Position numbers and translations under genes: made by a program
The notes under the pieces: generated by a model
The model's input: the letters and a program-made list of their open reading frames with translations, nothing else
Told to the model about the DNA's origin: nothing
Databases searched by the model: none
From: an uncultured Candidatus Binatia bacterium
GTDB lineage: Bacteria > Desulfobacterota > Binatia > Binatales > Binataceae
Direction of reading: 5' to 3'
Assembly (NCBI GenBank): GCA_964429575.1
Contig: CAYSCX010000008.1
Span: 16,217-80,216, forward strand
Length of the DNA: 64,000 nt
Part shown: positions 34,514 through 45,330 of the stretch, in pieces
Layout of the letters: each line of letters starts with the position of its first letter
How positions within the stretch are numbered: the stretch's first letter is position 1

Positions 34514-35791
34514 TCAGCGGCGGCGAATCACCTCGAGTCCGTTCATGTACGGGCGCAGCACCTCGGGCACCGTCACGCTGCCATCCTCGTTCTGGTAGTT
34601 CTCGAGAATTGAGATGACGGTGCGCGGCAGGGCGAGCCCCGAACCGTTCAACGTGTGGGCGAATTCTGGTTTCCCGCCGGCGCCCTTGCGAAAACGTATC
34701 TGCGCGCGGCGGGCCTGAAAGTCCCAGCAGTTGGAGCAGGAGCTGACCTCGAGCCACTCGGCGCATCCGGGCGCCCACATCTCTAGATCATACTTCGCGG
34801 CGGCGGAGAATCCGAGGTCGCCAGTGCACATCTGGACCACGCGGTGAGGAATCTTGAGGCGGCGCGGAATCTCGCACGCGTCCTGGACCATCTTGTCGAG
34901 TTCGGCGTCGGAGCTATCGGGATGGACGACCTTGACCATCTCGACCTTGTCGAACTGATGGCCGCGCTTGATGCCGCGCACGTCACGCCCGGCCGACATC
35001 TTCTCGCGCCGGAAGCACGGCGTCACCGCGGTCAGATAGATTGGGAGCCGCTGCGCGTCGAGAATTTCGCGCGCGAACATGTTGGTAAGCGGGACTTCAG
35101 CCGTGGGGATGAACCAGAAGTCGTCCTCGGCGTCGCGGTACATGGTGTCCGCGAATTTAGGCAAGTGCGCGCTGCCGATGACGGTCTGGGTGTTGACCAT
35201 CAGCGGCGGCCACACTTCGAGGTAGCCCTGCTCGGCGGTTTTCACGTCGAGCATCCAGTTGATCAGCGCGCGCTGCAGCCGCGCACCTGCGCCGACCAGG
35301 AAATAGAAGCGCGTGCCCGCGAGTTTGACGCCGCGGTCGAAGTCGATGATTCCGAGCTGCTCGCCGACCTCCCAATGCGCCTTGGGTTCGAATGAGGTGA
35401 ATTCAAGCGGCTTGCCCTCGGTACGTACGACCCGGTTGTCGGCGCCGCTTGCGCCGAGTGGCACGAATGGCCGCGGGATATTCGGAAGCGTCAGCAGCAG
35501 CGTCTCGCACCGTTGCTCAAGCTCTGCAAGCTGCTTCTCGCCCGCGGAAATTCGCCCGCCCAGCTCGCGCATCCCGGCGCGCCGCTTGTCGCGCTCCTCG
35601 GGCGACGCCTTACCGAGCTCCTTGGACTCGCGGGTACGATGCGCACGCAATTCGTCGAGTTCATGCTGGAGCTTTCGCCGTCGCGCGTCGCATTCGATCA
35701 CACCATCGAGCTCGGCGGCCTCGACGCCGACCTTTGCGAGTTCGGCTTTGACTTCGCCGGGCTTTTCGCGAATGAGCCTGATGTCGAGCAT
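34514..35791 (-). CDS. serS: serine--tRNA ligase
   Basis: N-terminal MLDIRLIRE coiled-coil arm; class II motifs (FRRE..., GSGLALPRTVISILENYQ). Confidence 0.97.
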   Translation of the reverse strand: MLDIRLIREKPGEVKAELAKVGVEAAELDGVIECDARRRKLQHELDELRAHRTRESKELGKASPEERDKRRAGMRELGGRISAGEKQLAELEQRCETLLLTLPNIPRPFVPLGASGADNRVVRTEGKPLEFTSFEPKAHWEVGEQLGIIDFDRGVKLAGTRFYFLVGAGARLQRALINWMLDVKTAEQGYLEVWPPLMVNTQTVIGSAHLPKFADTMYRDAEDDFWFIPTAEVPLTNMFAREILDAQRLPIYLTAVTPCFRREKMSAGRDVRGIKRGHQFDKVEMVKVVHPDSSDAELDKMVQDACEIPRRLKIPHRVVQMCTGDLGFSAAAKYDLEMWAPGCAEWLEVSSCSNCWDFQARRAQIRFRKGAGGKPEFAHTLNGSGLALPRTVISILENYQNEDGSVTVPEVLRPYMNGLEVIRRR

Positions 35792-36211
35792 TTAGAACGC
35801 GTCTTTGAGCAGTTCGATCCGGGTCTGGCGTCCGGCGCCAGCGATCGCGATCACGTCGAAGCGCATCGCGCGATCGTTTGCGCGATAGCGCGCGGCGAAG
35901 ACTTCGGCGGCGCGCCGAATCTGGCGCTGCTTGTGCTCCGTCACCGACTCGGCGGGACTCCCCGCGTTCGCATTGCGCCGCGTCTTCACTTCGATGAACA
36001 CGACAGTGGCGCCATCCATCGCGACCAGATCGATCTCCGCGCCCGCTGCGCGGAAGTTTCGCGCGACGATCCGGTAGCCGCGGCGTTTCAGATAGCGCTC
36101 GGCGATCTTTTCGCCGCGCCGGCCGACCGCCTTGTTGTGACCGCGGGCGGTGTTCAACCAACCGGCGAGCCACGACCGGATGCGTCGCGAAAGCCCCCCG
36201 TTTCGGTCCAT
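35792..36211 (-). CDS. yraN: YraN-family (UPF0102) endonuclease-like protein
   Basis: GRRGEKIAERYLKRRGYRIVARNFR ... EIDLVA ... VVFIEVKTR pattern. The start may be further downstream. Confidence 0.8.
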   Translation of the reverse strand: MDRNGGLSRRIRSWLAGWLNTARGHNKAVGRRGEKIAERYLKRRGYRIVARNFRAAGAEIDLVAMDGATVVFIEVKTRRNANAGSPAESVTEHKQRQIRRAAEVFAARYRANDRAMRFDVIAIAGAGRQTRIELLKDAF

Positions 36212-36341
36212 CGTAACGGCCTGCGCGCTGAACAGACGACGCGCCTGCGCGGCTGCGGACTACGGTAAGCGCGAGGGCGACGGGTCGCAAGCGGCGCGCG
36301 ACCCTGACACGGCGCGCCCGGAGTGTTACGATTTTCCCGCG

Positions 36342-36638
36342 ATGGCGGAAAGCAGGATATCGCTCGAACAGGTTCGCCACGTGGCGAGGCTTGCGCGGCT
36401 AGCGCTCGCGCCCGACGAACAGGAGCGCGTGCGCAGGGACATGGATGAGATCCTCGGGTACGTCGAGAAACTGAATGAGCTTGACACGAGCGCGGTACCG
36501 CCCACGGCGCAGGTGGGCGAATCGGGCACGCCGATGCGCGACGACGTGGTTACGTGCGAGCCGCGCGCGGATGAGATGCTCGCGAATGCACCGGCCAAAG
36601 AGCGCGGCTATTTCAAGGTGCCGAAGATCATCGATTGA
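36342..36638 (+). CDS. gatC: Asp/Glu-tRNA amidotransferase subunit C
   Basis: The ATG at 36342 gives MAESRISLEQVRHVARLARLAL...; 98 aa. Precedes gatA and gatB. Confidence 0.9.
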   Translation: MAESRISLEQVRHVARLARLALAPDEQERVRRDMDEILGYVEKLNELDTSAVPPTAQVGESGTPMRDDVVTCEPRADEMLANAPAKERGYFKVPKIID

Positions 36639-36662
36639 CCGGGTGGCGCACCCGACCAAGCA

Positions 36663-38123
36663 ATGGCATCCGAGCTGAACAGGATCACCGTCGCGGCCGC
36701 GCAGGCGCTGCTGCGCAAGCGAGAGATTAGTTCGCTCGAGTTGACGCGCGCGTGTCTGGACCGGGTCCGCGCGGTCGAGCCGAAGCTCAATGCGTTCATT
36801 ACCGTGAGCGAGCGCGAGGCAATCGAGCAGGCGCGCGCGGCGGACCGCCGGCTCGCGAGCGACGGTGCTCCCGCGTTGTGCGGCATTCCACTGGCGATCA
36901 AGGACGCGTACTGCACGCGCGGCGTCGCGACGACGTGCGGCTCGCGCATCCTGGCGAAGTTCGTCCCGCCATTCGACGCGACGGTGATCGCGACGCTTCG
37001 CGACCAAGGCGCAGTGTTCATTGGCAAGACCAACATGGATGAGTTCGGCATGGGTTCATCGACGGAGAATTCCGCGTTCGGGCCGACGCTGAATCCGCAC
37101 GAGCTCGGGCGGGTAGCCGGCGGCTCATCGGGCGGCTCCGCTGCGGCAGTGGCGGCCGATGAGTGCCTTGCGGCGTTGGGTGAAGATACCGGCGGCTCGA
37201 TCCGCGAGCCTGCGGCGTTTTGCGGCGTGGTCGGGCTCAAGCCGACGTACAGCCGAGTCAGCCGCTATGGGATCATCGCGTACGCGTCGTCGCTCGATCA
37301 GGTCGGCCCGTTCGCAAAAACGGTGCGCGACGCATCAATACTGCTGCGCTCGCTGGCCGGCATCGACCCTAACGACTCCACCTGCTCCGCGCGCCCGGTG
37401 CCCGACTATGAGCGCGCACTAACCGGCGATGTGAAGGGGCTGCGAATCGGTGTGCCGCGCGAGTACTTCGTCGAGGGGATGCAACGGTCGGTCGAGAGCG
37501 CGGTGCGCGCGGCGCTCAAGCAGTATGAGTCGATGGGCGCGAAGGTGGACGAAATATCACTGCCGCACACGGACTACGCGATCGCGGCCTACTATCTAAT
37601 CGCGACCGCCGAGGCGAGCGCGAACCTCGCCCGTTACGACGGTATCCGCTACGGCATGCGCGTCGATGGCGCCAATAACATCGAGCTGTACGAGCGTACG
37701 CGCGCGGCGGGGTTCGGCGCCGAAGTGAAGCGGCGCATCATGCTGGGTACATTCGCGCTCTCCGCCGGGTACTACGATGCGTACTATCTGAAGGCACAGA
37801 AGGTGCGCACCCTGATCCGGCAGGACTTCGAACGGGCTTTCGAGCGTTGCGACCTCATCGTGACGCCGGTCGCGCCAGCCACCGCGTTTCGCATCGGGGA
37901 GAAGACGACCGACCCTCTCACGATGTATCTCTCCGACATCTTCACGATTTCGGTGAACCTCGCGGGGCTGCCGGGCCTCGCGCTGCCGTGCGGATATGAC
38001 GAGAATGGTCTGCCGATCGGGATGCAAATCATCGGACCGCCGTTCAGCGAGGAGAACGTGCTGCGCGCTGGCGATGCCTACGAGCGCGCAGGCGCGGTCG
38101 AACCTCGGACGGCCAAGGTGTGA
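36663..38123 (+). CDS. gatA: Asp/Glu-tRNA amidotransferase subunit A
   Basis: Amidase signature [20 protein letters not shown], and 486 aa. Confidence 0.95.
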   Translation: MASELNRITVAAAQALLRKREISSLELTRACLDRVRAVEPKLNAFITVSEREAIEQARAADRRLASDGAPALCGIPLAIKDAYCTRGVATTCGSRILAKFVPPFDATVIATLRDQGAVFIGKTNMDEFGMGSSTENSAFGPTLNPHELGRVAGGSSGGSAAAVAADECLAALGEDTGGSIREPAAFCGVVGLKPTYSRVSRYGIIAYASSLDQVGPFAKTVRDASILLRSLAGIDPNDSTCSARPVPDYERALTGDVKGLRIGVPREYFVEGMQRSVESAVRAALKQYESMGAKVDEISLPHTDYAIAAYYLIATAEASANLARYDGIRYGMRVDGANNIELYERTRAAGFGAEVKRRIMLGTFALSAGYYDAYYLKAQKVRTLIRQDFERAFERCDLIVTPVAPATAFRIGEKTTDPLTMYLSDIFTISVNLAGLPGLALPCGYDENGLPIGMQIIGPPFSEENVLRAGDAYERAGAVEPRTAKV

Positions 38124-39598
38124 CGATGGCGGTTGCAGGGCGGGACAAGTACGAGGCGGTCATCGGGCTCGAAGTGCACACGCACCTGATGACGCGCTCG
38201 AAACTGTTTTGCGGATGTTCGACGCAATTCGGCGCACCGCCCAATCACAACGTCTGCCCGCGCTGTATGGGGATGCCCGGCGTGCTGCCGGTGCTCAACC
38301 GCAAGGCGGTGGAACTCGCGATGCGGATGGGCATAGCGGCGCACTCCGAGATTGCGCGCTACTCAATCTTCGATCGAAAGAGTTATTTCTATCCGGACCT
38401 TCCGAAGGGATATCAAATTAGCCAGTACGAAACTCCGGTCTGCAAAGGCGGATACATCGACCTGCCGGCCAACGGCGGCGAGCCGCGCCGCATCCGGCTG
38501 GTGCGTATCCACTTGGAGGAGGACGCAGGCAAGAATATCCACGCCGAGGGCGCAAGCCTGGTCGATTTCAATCGCTCGAGCGTGCCGCTGGTTGAGATTG
38601 TGAGCGAGCCGGACATCCGATCATCGGCCGAGGCGGCGGCCTACCTGCGCGAGCTCCGCGATATTCTGATTTACATCGAAGCAACGGACGGCAAGATGGA
38701 GGAAGGCGCGTTTCGATGCGACGTGAACGTGTCGGTGCGCCGGCGCGGCAACGAGCAATTGGGCGTCAAGAGCGAGATCAAGAACCTCAACTCGTTTCGC
38801 TTCGTCGAGAACGCGATCGAGCACGAGATCGACCGTCAGATTGAGACCCTCGAATCGGGCGGCAAGGTGCTGCAGGAGACGCACCTGTGGGACCCCGAGC
38901 GCGAGGAAACGCGACCGATGCGTTCCAAGGAGTACGCCAACGATTACCGCTACTTCCCCGAGCCGGACCTGCCGCGGCTGGTTGTGACCCGCGAGTGGGT
39001 GGATGAAGTGCGCGCCTCGATGCGGGAGTTGCCCTCTGAGCGACGGACCCGCTTTATGGGCGAATACGGCAGGTACGGTGTGACCGCATACGACATCGGA
39101 GTGATGGTCAGGAACCGACCGGTCGGGAATATGTTCGACAATGTGCTGCGTGCCGATCCGGAGCTGGTGCGCCATGCCAAATTAGTGGCGAATTCCTGCA
39201 TCGCGTTCGTGGCGCTCGCGTTGGCTGCAGCGCGCGCAGCCGGGAAGGAAGAGTTCACGCCGCCGACGGGCTCGGAAGTCGCTGCTGTGCTGAGAATGGT
39301 CGTTGAAGACAAGATCAGTCTCAACGCGGCGAAGACCGCGTTCGTCGAGATGGTGAAGTCGGGCAAGAGCGCGGCGGCGACGATCGATGCGCTTGGCCTC
39401 GCGCAGGTTTCTGATGAAGCGGCGATCGCCGAGGCGTGCGATCGCGTGCTCGCCGCGGAGTCAGACAATGTCGCTCAGTATCGCGCGGGCAAGCAGGGTC
39501 TGTTCGGGTTCTTCGTTGGCAAGGTGATGAAGTCGATGGGCGGGAAGGCCAACCCGAAGGTGGTCAACAACATCTTGCGAAAGAGACTCGACGGGTGA
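38120..39598 (+). CDS. gatB: Asp/Glu-tRNA amidotransferase subunit B
   Basis: [24 protein letters not shown], and a C-terminal YqeY-like tail. 4-nt overlap with gatA. Confidence 0.95.
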   Translation: MTMAVAGRDKYEAVIGLEVHTHLMTRSKLFCGCSTQFGAPPNHNVCPRCMGMPGVLPVLNRKAVELAMRMGIAAHSEIARYSIFDRKSYFYPDLPKGYQISQYETPVCKGGYIDLPANGGEPRRIRLVRIHLEEDAGKNIHAEGASLVDFNRSSVPLVEIVSEPDIRSSAEAAAYLRELRDILIYIEATDGKMEEGAFRCDVNVSVRRRGNEQLGVKSEIKNLNSFRFVENAIEHEIDRQIETLESGGKVLQETHLWDPEREETRPMRSKEYANDYRYFPEPDLPRLVVTREWVDEVRASMRELPSERRTRFMGEYGRYGVTAYDIGVMVRNRPVGNMFDNVLRADPELVRHAKLVANSCIAFVALALAAARAAGKEEFTPPTGSEVAAVLRMVVEDKISLNAAKTAFVEMVKSGKSAAATIDALGLAQVSDEAAIAEACDRVLAAESDNVAQYRAGKQGLFGFFVGKVMKSMGGKANPKVVNNILRKRLDG

Positions 39599-39661
39599 CT
39601 CGCGTCCGGCGCGCGACTCGCTTTCGCGGGTCGCGGCGTCCTGATAGGCATCTAATGCTCC

Positions 39662-40024
39662 ATGCAACGCCTTCGGCAAACTCGGATCCACGCGCTGATC
39701 GCGATCGTCGCGATTGCCGCCGCGCTCGCTGTGCTGATGGGAGCGCGCCGCGCGACCGCCGAGGGCCCGTATGGCGCCGATGCGGACGACGCGCCGGGAC
39801 TGGCCGCGCCCCACGACGCCGACGCGCCGGATTTCAACCCGCCCAACTTAAATATTCCCGCGGACTTGGGCGGCGGGCAGTTCGACCAAGGCGCAATCAA
39901 TCTGCCGGAGGGTGTGCCGCCAGACATCGGATCGCTCATCGATGGCGTCCCGCTGGACCTACCCGCGGGATTGCCCGGCCAGCCGATGGATGAAGATTCC
40001 GGCGGACTGGTGCCCGAGGACTAG
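39662..40024 (+). CDS. secreted acidic Pro/Asp-rich hypothetical protein
   Basis: TM/signal segment IHALIAIVAIAAALAVLMG followed by low-complexity D/P/G-rich sequence. Confidence 0.4.
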   Translation: MQRLRQTRIHALIAIVAIAAALAVLMGARRATAEGPYGADADDAPGLAAPHDADAPDFNPPNLNIPADLGGGQFDQGAINLPEGVPPDIGSLIDGVPLDLPAGLPGQPMDEDSGGLVPED

Positions 40025-40032
40025 GGAAGCGG

Positions 40033-40452
40033 CTAGCGGACTGCGGAAACCCGGTACTTCACGCCGCCTTGGATCGTTTCTCCCTCGCCGACAGCTTGCA
40101 CTTCATTCAGCCACGCGTACTTGCTCGTGGTCGGAACACAGAATGTCGGCGCGGTCCTGATGCGTAGCGGCTCGCCGCGTTCCTTCGGCATCCGCGCGAT
40201 GCCTCGGTAAGTCATATAGATGAGTTCGCCGTCGTCGGTCTTGAGCAGCAACCGCACGTCGAGCGCGCCCATTGCGTCGGGGCGCACGATAAACCAGTCG
40301 CCGCCTCCGGGAAGCACGACACCCTTGAGTCGCGGTCCTTCGAACTTGCCGCCGCTGAGGTAAGCGATTGCGCGGTCGCCGTCAGGAGTGCCGCGCAGCG
40401 AGTACTGCTCGCCGATTGTGATCGTGACGTCGAAGAGATGTTCGGTTTCCAT
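40033..40452 (-). CDS. DUF3237-family protein
   Basis: 139 aa. The G.P.G.R......GG.F.GP.L.G.V.PGG.DW pattern is typical of DUF3237 (UPF0311). Confidence 0.65.
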   Translation of the reverse strand: METEHLFDVTITIGEQYSLRGTPDGDRAIAYLSGGKFEGPRLKGVVLPGGGDWFIVRPDAMGALDVRLLLKTDDGELIYMTYRGIARMPKERGEPLRIRTAPTFCVPTTSKYAWLNEVQAVGEGETIQGGVKYRVSAVR

Positions 40453-40464
40453 AAGTGTTGGTCC

Positions 40465-41655
40465 TCAACCCTTGGGCAGCCCCAGCGTCCGTTCGCCGAT
40501 GATGTTGTGCTGAATCTCGCTGGTGCCGCCCGCGATCGTGTACTGGCGCGATGAAAGCACGCGGTTGTACCACCGCGGCGCATCGGGCACCGCCTTGGTC
40601 GGCGCGTCGAGCAGCGCGAAGCCGCCGAGCAGTTCGGTCGCGAATGCTGCGATGCGCACCCCCAATTCCGAGCCGAAAAGCTTGAGCACCGAGCCCTCGG
40701 GTCCGGGCGGTAGTCCGCGCAATCGGCGCGTGAGCGAACGAAGCCGCGTGAAGTGCGCCGCCTCGCATTCGATCTTGAATTGGGCGAGGCGCTGGCGCAC
40801 CCATTCGTGGTCCCAAGCCGGACGCCCGTCGATTTTCACGCGCTTGGCGAGTTCAGCGAGCCGGCGCACCTGCGAGGTGTGTCCTCCTCCGCCCGCGCCG
40901 CTGCGCTCGTACATGAGCGTGGTCATCCCGACTTGCCAGCCGCCGTTGAGCGGACCCACCAGGTTTTCTTTCGGCGCCTGCACGTCCGTGAAGAAGACCT
41001 CGTTGAAGTGGGCGTGGCCGTTCATCAAGACCAGCGGGCGCACCTCGACGCCGGGGCTCCGGATGTCAAGCAGCAGGTAGCTCAGGCCCTTGTGCTTGGG
41101 CGCCGCGGGGTCGGTGCGGACCAGCATGTACATCCAGCTGGCGTACTGCGCATTCGAGGTCCAGATTTTCTGGCCATTCACCACGAAGTAATCGCCGTGA
41201 TCGACCGCGCTAGTCTGGAGAGATCCGAGATCGGATCCCGCATTCGGCTCCGAGTACCCTTGGCACCAGATGTCATCGGCATTGAGGATGCGCGGAAGAA
41301 ACTTGCGCTTCTGCTCCTCGGTGCCCCAATGCATCAGGGTGGGTCCGCACATGCCGACGGCGGAGTAGTTGGGCAGCACGGGCGCGCGGGCGCGCGAGTA
41401 TTCCTCGTCGAAGATTACTTGTTCGATGAGTCCCGCGGCGCGCCCGCCGTATTCCTTTGGCCATGACAGGCCGACCCAGCCCGCCACGTGCATCTTGCGC
41501 TGAAAGGCGCGGCGGCGGTCGAACACCGCGCGGTTGGGGGCGACGCGCTCATCCATGGCGTCATCGACTTTCAGGTCTTCGGGCAAATTGACGCGCAGCC
41601 ACTCGCGCACCTCGCGCCGAAATGTCTCCTGCTCGGCCGTGTAGTTGAAGTCCAT
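40465..41655 (-). CDS. acyl-CoA dehydrogenase
   Basis: 396 aa. ACAD N, M and C domain layout, with C-terminal IAGGTSEIQHNIIGER. Confidence 0.9.
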   Translation of the reverse strand: MDFNYTAEQETFRREVREWLRVNLPEDLKVDDAMDERVAPNRAVFDRRRAFQRKMHVAGWVGLSWPKEYGGRAAGLIEQVIFDEEYSRARAPVLPNYSAVGMCGPTLMHWGTEEQKRKFLPRILNADDIWCQGYSEPNAGSDLGSLQTSAVDHGDYFVVNGQKIWTSNAQYASWMYMLVRTDPAAPKHKGLSYLLLDIRSPGVEVRPLVLMNGHAHFNEVFFTDVQAPKENLVGPLNGGWQVGMTTLMYERSGAGGGGHTSQVRRLAELAKRVKIDGRPAWDHEWVRQRLAQFKIECEAAHFTRLRSLTRRLRGLPPGPEGSVLKLFGSELGVRIAAFATELLGGFALLDAPTKAVPDAPRWYNRVLSSRQYTIAGGTSEIQHNIIGERTLGLPKG

Positions 41656-41667
41656 GGCGCGCCGTCC

Positions 41668-42786
41668 TCAGTTGAGGTTGAACGCCTTGACAGCGTTGTC
41701 CCACAGAATCTTGCGCTTGCTCTGGGCCGGGATGGGCTGCTTCAGCATTGCGCCGATACCCCATGGGAAGGTCCCGTCGGGATGCGGATAGTCAGTGTCC
41801 CACAGGAAGTTGTCGTCGCCGATTAGTTCGATAGCCGCCTTCATGGTGGGTTCGTCGCCCCGAAACGCGACCCAGAAGTTCGACTTGAAGTACTCGGTTG
41901 GCCGACGCTTCAGATACTCGTGCTCGGAATTGCCGCTGAAGTCCCAATGCTGCTCCATGCGCTGGAGCCAGTACGGCACCCAGCCGCCGTCGGCTTCGAC
42001 CTGTACGACCTTGAGCTTGGGGAACTTCTCGATCACGCCGTACCAGATGAGGCCGGCCATCGCGGCCATCGCCTCGAAGGGATGCGAGAGGATATGGCCG
42101 GAGACGTGGGTGTCCATGCGATCGCCAAATGACGGCACCGATGACGACGCGGAATCATGAGTGGAGATGGGCAGGCCCAGCTTTTCGACCTCGGCCCAAA
42201 GCGGCAGGTAGTCCGCATGGAACAGGGTGCGGCCGCGCACCGGATTGGGGCGCTCGTAGAAGCTGATCGCTCCGTTGTTGGCGGTGCGATGCGCTTCCTT
42301 GATCGCCTCTTCGACGTCCTGCATCGGGAGAATCGCAGCCCACTTGATGCGCTCCGGCGCCTTCGAGCAGAAATCGGCGCCCCAATCGTTATATGCGCGG
42401 CAGCAAGCGGCGAGCAGCTTGGTGTCGCGAAACTCGCGACCGAGCATCTGGCCGGCAAATGTCGGATAGACAATCTGGACGTCAACGCCCTGCTCGTCCA
42501 TGTCGATGAGGCGGCTCTCGGCGTTGAAGCCGAGCTTGGCGGCGCGGTCGAAACGCGTCATGGCCTTGCGGACCGCGTCGAAGAAGGCGGGCGCGGCCAT
42601 TGGGTACTTGCCCTTTTCGCGGGTGAACGGCTCGCCTTCGACCAGGAAAGTCCGCCGGCCCGACTCGGCCGCGACGCCCATCCGCGGCGCCTCGGACTTG
42701 TAGCGTTGGTCGATGTATTTCTCGAAAACGTAGTCGGGCTCCATCAGATGCGTGTCAGCGTCAACGATCTTGAATCCATCCTTCAT
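41668..42786 (-). CDS. amidohydrolase-2 family metal-dependent hydrolase/decarboxylase
   Basis: IVDADTHLMEP N-terminus (metal-binding HxH-type) and C-terminal FLWDTDYPHPDG motif. Confidence 0.85.
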   Translation of the reverse strand: MKDGFKIVDADTHLMEPDYVFEKYIDQRYKSEAPRMGVAAESGRRTFLVEGEPFTREKGKYPMAAPAFFDAVRKAMTRFDRAAKLGFNAESRLIDMDEQGVDVQIVYPTFAGQMLGREFRDTKLLAACCRAYNDWGADFCSKAPERIKWAAILPMQDVEEAIKEAHRTANNGAISFYERPNPVRGRTLFHADYLPLWAEVEKLGLPISTHDSASSSVPSFGDRMDTHVSGHILSHPFEAMAAMAGLIWYGVIEKFPKLKVVQVEADGGWVPYWLQRMEQHWDFSGNSEHEYLKRRPTEYFKSNFWVAFRGDEPTMKAAIELIGDDNFLWDTDYPHPDGTFPWGIGAMLKQPIPAQSKRKILWDNAVKAFNLN

Positions 42787-42827
42787 GGCGCGTGCACCTT
42801 ATTTTGAATTCAACTTTGCAATTATGC

Positions 42828-43868
42828 TCAGAGTCCGTGCGGCATGATGAGCGCCTTGACGCCCTTGCGCGCGCGCAACAGTTCGAACGCCTCGAGCCCG
42901 CGCGACAATTGGTAACGATGCGTCACCATCGGGCGCAGCTCCACCTGTCCGCTCGCGACCACCGCGATCGCGCGACGCCACGTCTCGGGCGTGCGGATGC
43001 GCGAGTTGATGATGGTCGCACCGTGGAAGAAGAGCGCGCGCAACTCGGCTGCGGTCACGTCGCGCGCCGGCCAGCCGACCTCGACCAACTGCCCGCCGCG
43101 GCGCATCAACTCACGCGGATGATCGATCATTCCGCACGCGTCGAACACGACATCGGCGCCGTCGCCGGGCAGCAGCGTCCTCACCTGTTCGATCCAATCA
43201 GGATCCTGGGCACAGACGGTCTTGAAGCCGAACTTTCGCGCGAGCGCGAGACGCTCGGTATCAACCGCCAGACCGGTCATGACGATCGACGAGACGCCGA
43301 GCGCACGAGCCGACAGCGCAATGCTCAATCCTATCGGGCCGGCGCCCTCGACCACGGCGCTGTCGCCGGCCTTGAGGCTCGATTGCTCGACGGCGTGAAG
43401 GCCGGTTCCGAACGGTTCGAGCAGCGCGGCGGTTTCCAGGTCCATCGTCGGAGGCACGAGGTACGCGTTGCCGGTCGGCGCGGTGACGAACTCCGCAAAC
43501 GCGCCGGACAGGTGGGTTGGTGAGGTGCACAGATGGAAGCGTCCCGCTCGACACGGTCCGCAGTTGCCGCAATGCCCGAACGGATCGAGCGCGACGCGGT
43601 CGCCAACCTTGAATTGCTTGACTTCGCGGCCGAGTTCGACCACCTCGCCCGCGGGTTCATGCCCCAGCACCGATGGGAGCCGCGCGACCATCCGGTCCGC
43701 GCCCAATTCCCACTCGTAGATGTGCAGGTCGGAGCCGCACACACCGCATGCGCCGACTCGAACCAGGACTTCGTTCTCGCCCGGCGTCGGGACGGGCACA
43801 TCGATCAGTTCGGCGCCGAACTCGGGTTTGGTCTTGGCTATCGCCTTCATCGCGGGTGTCGCACTCAA
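42828..43868 (-). CDS. zinc-dependent medium-chain alcohol dehydrogenase (MDR family)
   Basis: GACGVCGSDLH catalytic zinc motif, GHEPAG, structural zinc Cys cluster (GHCGNCGPCRAG), and GAGPIG Rossmann motif. Confidence 0.9.
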   Translation of the reverse strand: MSATPAMKAIAKTKPEFGAELIDVPVPTPGENEVLVRVGACGVCGSDLHIYEWELGADRMVARLPSVLGHEPAGEVVELGREVKQFKVGDRVALDPFGHCGNCGPCRAGRFHLCTSPTHLSGAFAEFVTAPTGNAYLVPPTMDLETAALLEPFGTGLHAVEQSSLKAGDSAVVEGAGPIGLSIALSARALGVSSIVMTGLAVDTERLALARKFGFKTVCAQDPDWIEQVRTLLPGDGADVVFDACGMIDHPRELMRRGGQLVEVGWPARDVTAAELRALFFHGATIINSRIRTPETWRRAIAVVASGQVELRPMVTHRYQLSRGLEAFELLRARKGVKALIMPHGL

Positions 43869-43919
43869 CGTCTAATAGAACTCACCTTGGCTCCGCGTCA
43901 ACGGCGCGGCGCAGCGCTG

Positions 43920-45230
43920 CTATGACCAGTGGCGCAGGGTGGCGCCGCGGTAGCGCATGCGCGGACGGATGAGGCGGTTGTCGGCGTATTGCTCAAGGCT
44001 GTGAGCAATCCAACCCGCGGTGCGTCCAATGGCGAAAATCGCGGCCGGAAGCCCGCTCTCGAATCCGAGCATCCTGGTGCACACGGTTAAATAGAAGTCG
44101 AGATTGGGGCGCAGGCGTTCCTGTTTCCACTCGGTTTCCTCAACCTTGTGCGCGATCTCCAGGAGCTTGCGCCCTCGATGGCTCGCGATTCGCTCAGCGT
44201 TTACCCTGAGCAACACCGCGCGCGGATCGCCCGCTGGATAGATCGCGTGGCCGAATCCGGGCGCAAGCTGCTGCTTTGCGCTGAATTGATCGAGGCAAGC
44301 GCCGACGCGAGCGCCGCCGACCAACTCATCGAGCATCGCTTCAATTCGGTCGCACGCGCCGCCGTGAATCGGACCGGATAGCGTGCAAAGGGCGGCAAGG
44401 ACCGATGCGTACAGATCCGCGCCGGTGCTCGCGACCACGCGCGCGGCGAACGTCGATGCGTTCAGCTCATGCTCCGCGCACGCGATGAGCACACGGTCGA
44501 GCGCCTCGACCTCCCAGTCCGATGCATTGCTCGCCGCCAGCATTTGCAACAATCGCGGCGCCATCGCGGCGGCCTGCGCGATGCGTCCGAGCGGGCGCGG
44601 CGCCAGAGCGAGAGGCAGGATGCTGATGATCACACGTGCGCGCTGTTGGCGCGTGAGGCTGGTGTGACGCAGATCCCACGCGGCGAGACTCGGCACCGCA
44701 GCGGCAAGCCGAAGCAGCGCAGGCGCGTCGCGGCCCACCGCAGCGAGCGCGCTCGCGACCGGAGCCGGCATGCGGGCCGCGCCAATTTCCGCGCGAAGTG
44801 CGGCAACCTCATCCGGCGACGCCCGCTCGCCGTTCCAGAGCAGCAGGCAGACTTCCTCGAAGCTCGCGCGCTCGACGAGTTCTTCGATTGGGTAACCGCG
44901 ATACGCGAGTCGTCCGTCAATGATGGAGCTGACGGCCGATTCCGCGACAATTACGCCGGGCGCGCCCGATTCGGAGGTGCGCGGCTGGGCGACGGTCACC
45001 CAGGTCGCGGCCGGCGGAAGGCTTCGCGCGCGACGACCGCGCTCCGGTGCAACCAGGCCGCGGAGCGCCTCGACGTCCGCGCGCCGGTAGAGCGCCTGGC
45101 GGCCGACCTTGCGGCGGTAGCTGCGCAACCATCCGCGACTCACGTAGGCGTAGAGAGTTCCGAGCTTGACGCCGAGCTTCCCGGCGGCCTCTATCGCGGA
45201 CAGCATGCGGCCGCGGTCGGATTCGCGCAT
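43920..45230 (-). CDS. citrate-synthase-family protein with N-terminal HTH (excisionase/MerR-like) domain
   Basis: N-terminal LSAIEAAGKLGVKLGTLYAYVSRGWL (HTH_17-like). Citrate synthase motifs GPIHGGA, GFGHAIYPAGDPRA and PNLDFY. ATG 45230 (or 45206) chosen; the longer track ORF would run into the divergent promoter region. Confidence 0.75.
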   Translation of the reverse strand: MRESDRGRMLSAIEAAGKLGVKLGTLYAYVSRGWLRSYRRKVGRQALYRRADVEALRGLVAPERGRRARSLPPAATWVTVAQPRTSESGAPGVIVAESAVSSIIDGRLAYRGYPIEELVERASFEEVCLLLWNGERASPDEVAALRAEIGAARMPAPVASALAAVGRDAPALLRLAAAVPSLAAWDLRHTSLTRQQRARVIISILPLALAPRPLGRIAQAAAMAPRLLQMLAASNASDWEVEALDRVLIACAEHELNASTFAARVVASTGADLYASVLAALCTLSGPIHGGACDRIEAMLDELVGGARVGACLDQFSAKQQLAPGFGHAIYPAGDPRAVLLRVNAERIASHRGRKLLEIAHKVEETEWKQERLRPNLDFYLTVCTRMLGFESGLPAAIFAIGRTAGWIAHSLEQYADNRLIRPRMRYRGATLRHWS

Positions 45231-45330
45231 CGCCACGCCGAGATTGCGCCATCGGCCGCGCTTCGCGTCAAGCGCAGAGCGATCGGGCTTCGCTTGAATC
45301 AACATATATAAAGCTATATGCATTCGAGCC

